Source: a virus
DNA length: 64,000 nucleotides
Direction: 5' to 3' (one strand)
Virus record (IMG/VR): IMGVR_UViG_3300025168_000032
Span: 1 to 64,000 of that record
Shown: one piece after another, positions 19,149 to 27,500 of the stretch
Layout of the letters: each line of letters opens with the position of its first letter
Numbering within the stretch: position 1 is the stretch's first letter
Made by a program: the position numbers and the translations under genes
Notes under the pieces: generated by a model
Told to the model about the DNA's origin: nothing
Database searches by the model: none
Seen by the model: only the letters and a program-made list of their open reading frames with translations

Positions 19149-20091
19149 AAAGAAAATTTTAATTTGTGGAGCAACAGGGTTTATTGGAAAAAATTCCTTA
19201 GAACGCTTCACACGGAGAGAAGACTACGAAATAAGAGCAGTTTATCACATTAAGCCGCCTCTTAAAGAATATGATGTTGAGTGGGTCCAAGCTGATCTAA
19301 ACAATATAGAAGATGTTAAAAGAGTTATAAAGGGGATGGATATTGTACTACAGTTAGCTGCAACTACCTCTGGTGCAAATGATATTATTAATCGTCCGTA
19401 TATTCATGTTACTGATAACGCTGTTATGAATTCTCTGCTTCTACGAGAGGCATTTGAGAACGATATAAAGCATTTTATTTTTCCAAGCTGCACAGTCATG
19501 TACCAGCCGAATAGAGTTGCAACTAAAGAAAGTAATTTTGATGGAAATCAAAGGCTATTGTCTAAATACTTTGGCGTTGGCAACACCAAAGTGTATATCG
19601 AAAAAATGTGTGATTTTTATGGCACCTTGGGTAAAACAAAACACACAGTATTAAGACAGTCCAATATTTACGGCCCTCATGACAAATATGATCTGAAGAA
19701 AAGCCATGTCTTCGGCGCGACCATAACCAAGGTTATGACCAACGACGAAAAAATTAATGTTTGGGGACCCGGAACCGAAACAAGAGACTTTTTATATGTT
19801 GATGATCTTTTGAACTTTGTAGAAATGGCTCTTGAAAAACAAGAATCCATGTGTGAGGTTTTTAATGTTGGCTGTGGATATGAGGTTTCGATCAAAGAGT
19901 TGGTTGAAAAGATTATTAAAATTTCCGGCAAAGATCTTAAGATGGAACATGACCTCAGCAAACCTCATATTCCGACAAAACTCTTTCTAGATTGCACAAA
20001 AGCTAAGGAAATGCTCGGATGGGAACCAAAGGTATCTTTAGAGGAAGGTATTAAAAGAAGTATTGATTGGTGGAAGGCCAATAATGACTAG
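19141..20091 (+). CDS. Extended SDR, GDP-L-fucose synthase (Fcl/ColC)-like
   Basis: CGATGFIG, FPSCTVMY, SNIYGPHD, SHVFGA and WGPGTETRDFLYVDD. The YxxxK position reads VGNTK. Confidence 0.85.
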   Translation: MTKKKILICGATGFIGKNSLERFTRREDYEIRAVYHIKPPLKEYDVEWVQADLNNIEDVKRVIKGMDIVLQLAATTSGANDIINRPYIHVTDNAVMNSLLLREAFENDIKHFIFPSCTVMYQPNRVATKESNFDGNQRLLSKYFGVGNTKVYIEKMCDFYGTLGKTKHTVLRQSNIYGPHDKYDLKKSHVFGATITKVMTNDEKINVWGPGTETRDFLYVDDLLNFVEMALEKQESMCEVFNVGCGYEVSIKELVEKIIKISGKDLKMEHDLSKPHIPTKLFLDCTKAKEMLGWEPKVSLEEGIKRSIDWWKANND

Positions 20092-21091
20092 GGCTTTTAT
20101 AACCGGAATCACTGGAATGGTCGGGTCACACCTTGTTGATTTTCTATTCAAAAATACAGATTGGGATATTTATGGCTTAGTTCGATGGGATGACAGGATG
20201 GATAACCTTGAGCATTTAATGAATTATATAAATGGAAAACATAGAATTCGTTTGGTTTATGGTGATATAAACGACCTAAGTTCTTTGTTGACAGCCTTTG
20301 GTTCAAGCAAGCCAGACTATGTTTTCCATTTAGCCGCACAAAGTTATCCGAAAACCAGCTTTGATTCTCCTTTGGAGACGTTGGAGACTAATATTCTGGG
20401 AACTGCAAAAGTTTTAGACGCGATAAGACACCTGAAATTAGAACCGACAATACATGTTTGTGCCTCGTCGGAAGTTTTTGGAAGGGTTCCAAAAGAGTTT
20501 CTACCAATTCACGAGGATGTAACATTCCACCCAGCGTCACCGTATGCAATTTCAAAGGTTGGGACAGATTTGGTTGGTAGATTTTACGCTGAGGCATATG
20601 GAATGAAGGTTATGACTACTCGTATGTTTACACATACAGGCCCAAGGCGTGGTGATGTTTTCGCTGAATCCACTTTTGCTAAGCAGATAGCAATGATTGA
20701 GGCAGACTTAATACCGCCAATATTGAAAGTAGGCAACTTAAAATCCCTAAGAACTTGGTCAGATGTTAGGGATGCGGTTAGGGCATATTACAGCTTGGTA
20801 ACAGTGAATCCAATAGCCGGGGAATACTATAATATTGGTGGATCATATACCTGTTCTATCGAGGACATGTTGAATTATTTATTAAGCAAATCTACCGTTA
20901 GCACCATTCAGGTGAGAGTGGACCCCGATCGTTTGAGGCCAATTGACGCAGACTTGCAGGTACCTGACACCACTAAGTTTAGAAACCACACTGGCTGGGA
21001 GCCAACTATTCCTTTCGAAAAAACTATGGATGATCTTTTAGAATATTGGAGAGGGAAAGTAAAGTCAGGTAGTAATTTTTTATCAAGGTAA
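20084..21091 (+). CDS. gmd: GDP-mannose 4,6-dehydratase
   Basis: ITGITGMVGSHL, HLAAQS, ASSEVFG, SPYAISK and GNL...R.WSDVRD. Start moved to ATG20084. Confidence 0.88.
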   Translation: MTRAFITGITGMVGSHLVDFLFKNTDWDIYGLVRWDDRMDNLEHLMNYINGKHRIRLVYGDINDLSSLLTAFGSSKPDYVFHLAAQSYPKTSFDSPLETLETNILGTAKVLDAIRHLKLEPTIHVCASSEVFGRVPKEFLPIHEDVTFHPASPYAISKVGTDLVGRFYAEAYGMKVMTTRMFTHTGPRRGDVFAESTFAKQIAMIEADLIPPILKVGNLKSLRTWSDVRDAVRAYYSLVTVNPIAGEYYNIGGSYTCSIEDMLNYLLSKSTVSTIQVRVDPDRLRPIDADLQVPDTTKFRNHTGWEPTIPFEKTMDDLLEYWRGKVKSGSNFLSR

Positions 21092-21095
21092 CACA

Positions 21096-21833
21096 ATGAA
21101 ATCAGATATTTTAGTTATTGGCGAAACATGTACCGATGTTTTTTATTATGGGGAGTGTGACAGGCTTTGTCCAGAGGCCCCAGTGCCAGTATTTGTTCCA
21201 ACTGAAATAATAAAGACACCCGGCATGGCAATGAATGTTCAAAAAAACATACAATCTTTATATGGAAGTTGCGATATACATACGAATACCAACTGGAAAG
21301 ACATAACAAAAACAAGGTTTATCCACCTCAATACTAATCAAATGTTTGTGAGAGTTGACGAGAATGATCACACTGTAAAGAGATGCGATGTAAGCAAGGT
21401 TGATTTAAATAAATACAAGATTGTTGTCATTTCAGATTATTGTAAAGGCTTTTTAACCGAGAGTGACATCAGTTATATATCTGATAATCATAATTGTGTT
21501 TTCTTGGACACAAAGAAGGTTTTAGGAGATTGGTGTACTGGGGTGAGGTTCATAAAAATTAATCATTATGAGTACAACAAGTCCAAGGATAGAATACCAG
21601 AAAACGTAAAAGACAAATTAATAGTAACTTTGGGCCCCAAAGGTTGCAAATACAAGGATAAGGTATATCCTGTAAGAAGGGTCGACATAAGGGATGTTTC
21701 GGGTGCGGGTGACACTTTCCTCTCTGGGCTTGTGGCCGAGTATCTAAGAACATCGAATATAGAATCTTCTATAAGTTATGCTAACGAGTGTGCTACAATA
21801 GCAGTACAAAAAAAAGGGGTCACTGTAATATGA
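21096..21833 (+). CDS. PfkB-family sugar kinase, HldE/RfaE kinase-domain-like
   Basis: RLCPEAPVPV, KTRF...Q...RVD, ISDYCKG and DVSGAGDTF. Confidence 0.9.
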   Translation: MKSDILVIGETCTDVFYYGECDRLCPEAPVPVFVPTEIIKTPGMAMNVQKNIQSLYGSCDIHTNTNWKDITKTRFIHLNTNQMFVRVDENDHTVKRCDVSKVDLNKYKIVVISDYCKGFLTESDISYISDNHNCVFLDTKKVLGDWCTGVRFIKINHYEYNKSKDRIPENVKDKLIVTLGPKGCKYKDKVYPVRRVDIRDVSGAGDTFLSGLVAEYLRTSNIESSISYANECATIAVQKKGVTVI

Positions 21834-22219
21834 AAGTTATTTGGGTAAATGGTTGTTTTGATATTCTACACCGAGGCCATGTAGAGTTATTTAAGTATGC
21901 CAAATCACTGGGAGAGTTTTTGGTGGTAGGTATTGATGGGGACAAGAGAATCAAAGAAACCAAGGGCCCCGAAAGGCCCGTTAACAATCGTCGAGATCGA
22001 CAATTCTTTCTTGAATCAATCAGATATATCGACGAGGTGGTCGCTTTTGATAATGATACAGAGCTTGAAAATTGGATCGAGTTTTTTCAACCAGACGCGC
22101 TAGTTGTCGGTGTCGAGTATAAAACTAAGGGAGTCATTGGTTCAGAGCATGCAAAAAAAATTGAATATTTTGATCGAGTAGGAGAATATTCAACAACAAA
22201 CATATTGGAGAGAAAATGA
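21830..22219 (+). CDS. Heptose-1-phosphate nucleotidyltransferase-like (HldE C-domain/HldC)
   Basis: NGCFDILHRGH (HxGH), KGPERP and C-terminal STTNILER. Start at ATG21830 (ATGA overlap). Confidence 0.9.
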   Translation: MKVIWVNGCFDILHRGHVELFKYAKSLGEFLVVGIDGDKRIKETKGPERPVNNRRDRQFFLESIRYIDEVVAFDNDTELENWIEFFQPDALVVGVEYKTKGVIGSEHAKKIEYFDRVGEYSTTNILERK

Positions 22220-22533
22220 CATATGTAATAGACATAGATGGGACCATTTGTACAAATACGGATGGGGATTACAAGAACGCGAAACCCATTGTAGAGAGAA
22301 TAAACAAAATCAACAAATTATACGACGATGGCAACATTATATATTTTTTGACTGCAAGGGGTATGGGGAGATTTAATAACAATTCCGAATTGGCAACTCA
22401 TAGCTTTCTATCCTTAACAAAGCAACAGCTAGACAGTTGGGGAGTGAAATATCATGAGTTATTTATGGGTAAGCCCTCTGGTAACTTGTATATAGATGAC
22501 AAGGGGGTGAAAGATGAAGACTTTTTTATCTAA
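22216..22533 (+). CDS. Small HAD-superfamily phosphatase
   Basis: DIDGT, LTARG, GKP and YIDDK. Confidence 0.88.
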   Translation: MTYVIDIDGTICTNTDGDYKNAKPIVERINKINKLYDDGNIIYFLTARGMGRFNNNSELATHSFLSLTKQQLDSWGVKYHELFMGKPSGNLYIDDKGVKDEDFFI

Positions 22534-22879
22534 TGATATTAAATTTGTACCAAAAGGGTGGGGATTTGAAAAGTGGATTGTGAACTGCGAAGAGTATTGT
22601 GGAAAGCTTTTGTATTTTGTGAAAGGCAAGAAGTGTTCGTGGCATTACCACAAGCTTAAGGACGAAGTTTTTTATATTCAGTCTGGCGCGATTACGCTTT
22701 CCTATTCAGACGATGATGACTTGGGGAATGCCAAAAAGGTAATTTTGCAAAAAGGAGATAGATTTCACATCTATAGGGGATTGAGGCATCAAATGTATGC
22801 TATGGAAGACACAGAACTGTTTGAGTTTTCAACTCAACATTTTGATAGCGATAGCCATAGGGTTATAAAGGGAGATTAA
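22514..22879 (+). CDS. Cupin (sugar-phosphate isomerase-like)
   Basis: KGWGFEKW, SWHYHKLKDEVF, LRHQM and EFST.HFD.DS.R. Confidence 0.85.
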   Translation: MKTFLSNDIKFVPKGWGFEKWIVNCEEYCGKLLYFVKGKKCSWHYHKLKDEVFYIQSGAITLSYSDDDDLGNAKKVILQKGDRFHIYRGLRHQMYAMEDTELFEFSTQHFDSDSHRVIKGD

Positions 22880-23746
22880 ATGAAAACAGTATTAGTCACA
22901 GGTGGTTGTGGTTTTATAGGAAGCAATTTGGTAGATATCTTGGTAAAGCAAGGTAACAGAGTGGTAGTCATAGATGACCTATCAGACGGAAAAAAAGAAA
23001 ACTGCAACAGGTTAGCTAAATATTATTTTGATGATTTTAAAAAGATCCTAACAAATGGTCTTGATGAGAGCATAGATACTATTTTTCATTTAGCTGCTGA
23101 GGCAAGAATACAACCATCTTTCAAAAAACCATTATACACTTGTGAAAACAATTCATATGGAACAGCAATTGTGTGCGAATATGCAAGAAATAACAACTGC
23201 ATGGTCGTATATGCTGGGTCAAGTTCGTTTTACGGTGGCGTTTACCTTAACCCATATGCTTTTGCAAAATGGCAAGGGGAAGAGGTTGTAAAGATGTACA
23301 CTAATGTTTATAATATAAAATCTGGTATTGCTAGATTTTTTAATGTATATGGACCTAGAAACCCGTTGATCGGTCAGTATACCCCTGTAGTCGCCATATT
23401 CGAGCAACAATATAGTAATAATGTACCTCTGACAGTGGTAGGTACAGGTGAACAAAGAAGAGACTTTACGCATGTATACGACATATGTAACGGATTAATA
23501 GCGATATCCAAGAAGGATAGAGAAGCCTCAATATTTAATTTGGGAACTGGCACCAACCACTCTATCAATGAACTGGCAGATATGTTCGGCAGGGAAAAGA
23601 AGCATCTACCAGCCAGACCCGGAGAGGCGAAAGAGACAAGAGCAGATATATCTAACTCCATAAAGGTTCTTGATTGGGCCCCGGAGCACAAATTAGAAAC
23701 ATATATAAATAATTTTTTAAAGGAGACAAAAAATGAAATTAAGTAA
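22880..23746 (+). CDS. NAD-dependent epimerase (GalE/HldD-like SDR)
   Basis: VTGGCGFIGSNL, HLAA, PYAFAK (YxxxK), RFFNVYGP and RRDFTHV. Confidence 0.9.
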   Translation: MKTVLVTGGCGFIGSNLVDILVKQGNRVVVIDDLSDGKKENCNRLAKYYFDDFKKILTNGLDESIDTIFHLAAEARIQPSFKKPLYTCENNSYGTAIVCEYARNNNCMVVYAGSSSFYGGVYLNPYAFAKWQGEEVVKMYTNVYNIKSGIARFFNVYGPRNPLIGQYTPVVAIFEQQYSNNVPLTVVGTGEQRRDFTHVYDICNGLIAISKKDREASIFNLGTGTNHSINELADMFGREKKHLPARPGEAKETRADISNSIKVLDWAPEHKLETYINNFLKETKNEIK

Positions 23747-23918
23747 TCAAGCTGTAGGAGCCGTAATGATGGCCTTGCAAAAATCTTTAATGGAACAGAG
23801 CGATATCGTTCCAGTCCTACAGAGTTTTAAGCTAGAAGTTGCTGATAACGGAGAAGTGGTAGTTACAAACCCACCTGTTGTTAAACCCAAGAGCAAAAGC
23901 AAAGTAGTCACATCGTAA
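23733..23918 (+). CDS. Small hypothetical protein
   Basis: AAGGAG RBS and coupling to neighbours. Confidence 0.7.
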   Translation: MKLSNQAVGAVMMALQKSLMEQSDIVPVLQSFKLEVADNGEVVVTNPPVVKPKSKSKVVTS

Positions 23919-24178
23919 TGCCGCGATATGTATACCAGTGTAATAGTTGCGATGGCCACTTCCAAGTGCGACATGGGATGAAAGAAAGACAAGAATCATG
24001 CCAACTGTGTGAGGAAGTAGGTTATTTGCAAAGGGTACCGCAAATGCCAATTCTTAAAAAAGGTGAAACCACGGGGAACCAATCCACGGGGACACTTACT
24101 AAAGACTATATAGAAAAAAATCGAGAGCTACTTCGAGATATGAAAAAAGAAGCAAGGAATCAGAAACATGACGATTAA
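23918..24178 (+). CDS. FmdB-like zinc-ribbon protein
   Basis: MPRYVYQCNSC...CQLC pattern. Confidence 0.85.
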   Translation: MPRYVYQCNSCDGHFQVRHGMKERQESCQLCEEVGYLQRVPQMPILKKGETTGNQSTGTLTKDYIEKNRELLRDMKKEARNQKHDD

Positions 24179-24563
24179 TTTAACAGTGTGGTTAGTAATA
24201 GCCATTTTAATATCCATAACGGCTAATATTTTCGCTCTTTGGTACATAAGGCGACTACTATCCAAGTTGTGGTTCATAGCCGAAAATTTGGGCGATTTGG
24301 TCGATCTATTGACTAATTACAAAGGCCATCTCAAAACACTCTTTGAGCTTGAAGATTATTATGGAGACGAAAATATTAAATTTGTCTTGTCTCATACTTC
24401 AAGTTTGTTGGAAGTTTTGGAAGAATATGAAGATATTTACAACATTGTCGAATACGACGAAAATTCTGAAGACGAACAACAAAAGGAAATTGAACAAGAT
24501 GCCGAGGAAACGATCCAAGAAGAGAATGTATTTTACGCAGGTTCACGAAGACGCGATAGTTGA
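24168..24563 (+). CDS. Membrane-anchored hypothetical protein with an acidic tail
   Basis: Hydrophobic N-terminal helix LTVWLVIAILISITANIFALWYI. Confidence 0.75.
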   Translation: MTINLTVWLVIAILISITANIFALWYIRRLLSKLWFIAENLGDLVDLLTNYKGHLKTLFELEDYYGDENIKFVLSHTSSLLEVLEEYEDIYNIVEYDENSEDEQQKEIEQDAEETIQEENVFYAGSRRRDS

Positions 24564-25185
24564 ATACTCAAGAACAAACTGCAACAAGGTAAGAACTAGA
24601 TTATATGTTGAATTGATACAGCCAGCATTTAATGAAATGGTAGACAAAATTGTGTTTACTTATAAATTTACTACATTACCTAATATTGATGAGTTGAGAG
24701 ACGAGTGCAAAGTCTGGTTAACAACTATTTTAGATAAATATGACCAAAGTAAAGGCTCCAAGGCTTTTTCTTACTTTTCTGTAATAACGAAAAACTGGTT
24801 TATTCACAAGGTCAAACAAACCGCTAAGCGCAATAAAAGAGAAGTCGATTATGAAGATGCTTTAAAGGAAGTCGATGAGGACAAGGTTGTATGCTATAAT
24901 CCATATTTGATGGAAAGAGAGCAAAAAGATTTCTGGAATAAATTACATTTCGAAATTAATAGCTGGGAAATAGATGATATGAAAGAGAACGAAAGAAAAG
25001 TTTATAATGCTGTTAGGGTCATCTTGGGATCGGTTGAAAACATAGAAATTTTTAATAAAAAAGCCGTTTATTTGTATTTGAGAGAGATAACCGGCTTAAA
25101 TACCAAGCAAGTGGTCTCTCAGCTTAACAAACTGAGAACCAAATACCGTACATTCAAAGAAGATTGGGATGAAGGTAAAATTTAA
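24499..25185 (+). CDS. Phage sigma factor, T4 gp55-like (late transcription)
   Basis: DELRDECKVWLTTILDKYDQSKGSKAFSYFSVITKNWF resembles sigma region 2. Start probably ATG24499 (MPRKRSKK). Confidence 0.7.
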   Translation: MPRKRSKKRMYFTQVHEDAIVEYSRTNCNKVRTRLYVELIQPAFNEMVDKIVFTYKFTTLPNIDELRDECKVWLTTILDKYDQSKGSKAFSYFSVITKNWFIHKVKQTAKRNKREVDYEDALKEVDEDKVVCYNPYLMEREQKDFWNKLHFEINSWEIDDMKENERKVYNAVRVILGSVENIEIFNKKAVYLYLREITGLNTKQVVSQLNKLRTKYRTFKEDWDEGKI

Positions 25186-25206
25186 ACGAGGCCTAGTTAA
25201 AGTGTT

Positions 25207-25500
25207 ATGTCAAAAAAAGTTGATAGTTTTATAAATGAGGCGATAGACAACATTCGTGATGATCGAAAGATAACTCGTGAACTGTTGGATGACGCTATTA
25301 AGTGGCTTGCAAAAGATGAAGCTCGCCACAAAGAAGTCGGAATTATTATTTCGAAATATGTAGAAACCCTACAGAGATCAAATGAGCAACTTGTTAAAGT
25401 TGTCAATCTTATTAGCAAAAAAGAAGTATCCGAGGGGTTATCTGAAAATGATATGTCTCAGATATATGATATGATATCGAAAGGGGATATTGAAGAATGA
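25207..25500 (+). CDS. Small coiled-coil hypothetical protein
   Basis: Helical 97-aa ORF coupled to the next gene by ATGA. Confidence 0.75.
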   Translation: MSKKVDSFINEAIDNIRDDRKITRELLDDAIKWLAKDEARHKEVGIIISKYVETLQRSNEQLVKVVNLISKKEVSEGLSENDMSQIYDMISKGDIEE

Positions 25501-26110
25501 CAAAAAGGATACAGAACAAGATCACCAATAGATTTGATTCTATATCAGATCCCTATGGTCGAAAAGAGACCAGAGATTCTATGGTATTTGATTTTGTCCA
25601 AAATGAGCTTTCTAATCCATACACAGACACTCAGTGTTTTGGTGTCATATTAATGATCGAAACCCAAGGTATATTGGGACCTGACGGTTCGACCTTGCCA
25701 ACAACCCCCAACCCAACTCATCCATTCGTTATCACTGCTAGGGTGCGCCCTCTTGAGCCCATGATCGAAGCTCAGGCTTTAGACGAGCCTTGCAAATTCA
25801 AAAGCGATCCTACTGCGCTGTATGAAAATTTAATGCAACATCCCATCGCATATTCCGAAACCCTAGATGGTGATGAGAGTTTGTTTATACCAACTGTCGG
25901 TGATGTCGTTCCGATTTATTATGACTTAGAAGGCCCGACCTCGCAAGGAAAAAAGAGAGGGCTGAGATTTAAAATGCAAAGAGTCAGGAGAGCAGAAGGC
26001 GGTTTTGATGCAACATGCTTAGCAGCGCTTGGAACCAAATTAATTGACGGAAAAATTTCATTAAGCAGAGTCGGAACCCCAGTATCAGTTATTGGTGTTG
26101 CTGGTGCTGG
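25497..26110 (+). repeat. Duplicated ~0.6-kb segment, copy 1
   Basis: Colinear with 26893-27500 at a constant offset of 1390 nt over the aligned core. Includes an identical 32-nt block (25884-25915 = 27274-27305). Confidence 0.95.
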
Positions 26111-26888
26111 TGCTGCTGGAGCAGCAGGTTCTTACGGAGGAGCAGGTGCTGGAAATGCACAACAGGTGTTGATTCCATTCTTGGACTGCAAATTCGCAAC
26201 TAAAGGGTTTCAAGCTTCAACATTTGGAAAAGGAGACAGGGTAAAAAAGAAACAAATCAAACATGTTGTTTTGCACTCCACAGCCGGCAGTACTGGAAAC
26301 GGTAAGGCAAAAAGTACGATTGGCAGATTTTCTAGAACGCCAATTACAACAGGGTTTACAGACAAGAGTAAACCCAAAGGTCAACGGAAAAAGAATCCAC
26401 CATGTTCAGATTACGCACCCGGTCCACCATTTGATCCTCATAAGATGCCCCATGGGACAATTTGCCGAGAAAGAAAAGGAAAAAAAGGAAGACCAGCAAA
26501 ATACACTGTCGAAAAGAGAGTAAACACATCTATTCACTATGCATGCGATCAGGGAGGAAATATAATCCAAGGCTTGAACGAACGCCACAGAGGCTGGCAT
26601 GCCCCCGGTATGAATAAAACTTCTGTTGGAATTGAAATGTGCGGAGATCCCGGAAAGGGCAAAGGGCAAGGCGCAACTCCTAAATATGCTTCTATGTACA
26701 ATGAAAAACTTTTAGGAGCATGTGCGAAATTAGTAAAAGATATTTGCAAAAGGCACGGTTTGTCAATTAATAGAGATACCATTCGTGGACACGAACAGTC
26801 TAGCACGAATAGATCTGACCCCGGAGATAAAAAGAATCCCGGAGCATGGGATTGGGATGATTTCCTACAAAGAGTAAGGAGGGCATAG
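25497..26888 (+). CDS. gp5-like spike N-domain fused to N-acetylmuramoyl-L-alanine amidase (Amidase_2)
   Basis: OB-fold-like IPTVGDVVPIYY, Gly/Ala linker, then VVLHSTAG, SIHY, GWHA, SVGIEMCG, IRGH and SDPG. Confidence 0.85.
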   Translation: MTKRIQNKITNRFDSISDPYGRKETRDSMVFDFVQNELSNPYTDTQCFGVILMIETQGILGPDGSTLPTTPNPTHPFVITARVRPLEPMIEAQALDEPCKFKSDPTALYENLMQHPIAYSETLDGDESLFIPTVGDVVPIYYDLEGPTSQGKKRGLRFKMQRVRRAEGGFDATCLAALGTKLIDGKISLSRVGTPVSVIGVAGAGAAGAAGSYGGAGAGNAQQVLIPFLDCKFATKGFQASTFGKGDRVKKKQIKHVVLHSTAGSTGNGKAKSTIGRFSRTPITTGFTDKSKPKGQRKKNPPCSDYAPGPPFDPHKMPHGTICRERKGKKGRPAKYTVEKRVNTSIHYACDQGGNIIQGLNERHRGWHAPGMNKTSVGIEMCGDPGKGKGQGATPKYASMYNEKLLGACAKLVKDICKRHGLSINRDTIRGHEQSSTNRSDPGDKKNPGAWDWDDFLQRVRRA

Positions 26889-26892
26889 ACGA

Positions 26893-27500
26893 ATGAGTTT
26901 TAGTAAAAAAATGACTAACAAGTTTGATTCTATATCAGACCTTTATGGCAGGAAGGAAGCTAGAGATTCTTTGATTTTCGACGCTATGGTAAATAGCCTT
27001 TCTAGCCCGTATGGAGATACGCAGCTTTTTGGCGTTATATTGATGATCGAAACCCAAGGCATATTGGGCCCTGATGGCACAACCTTGCCGACGACCCCTA
27101 ATCCGACTCATCCATTTGTTATCACTGCTAGGGTTCGTCCACTCGCCCCATCAGCAGAGAGTTTTAATTTAGATGAGCCTTGTAAATACAAGAGCGATCC
27201 TACCGCATTGTACGAGAATTTGATGCAGCACCCAATTGCTTATTCTGAAACCTTAGATGGCGATGAGAGTTTATTTATACCAACTGTCGGTGATGTCGTT
27301 CCGATCTATTATGATTTGGAGGGCCCTACATCTTCTGGCAAGAGGCGTGGACTCCGTTTTAGAATGCAAAGAGTCAGGAGAGCAGAGGGTGGTTTTGATG
27401 CAACATGCATAGCAGCCTTGGGGGCGAAACTTGTAGATGGAAAAATTTCATTAAGCAGAGTTGGAACCCCAGCATCAGTTATTGGTGCTGGTGGTGCTGG
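26893..27500 (+). repeat. Duplicated ~0.6-kb segment, copy 2
   Basis: Matches 25497-26110. Similarity ends in the Gly/Ala-rich linker. Confidence 0.95.

Noticed and set aside
5694-23746. Bacterial chromosomal O-antigen or capsule locus
   Set aside because: No flippase, polymerase, ABC exporter or ligase. Contiguous with phage sigma and baseplate genes under the same gene-packing style.
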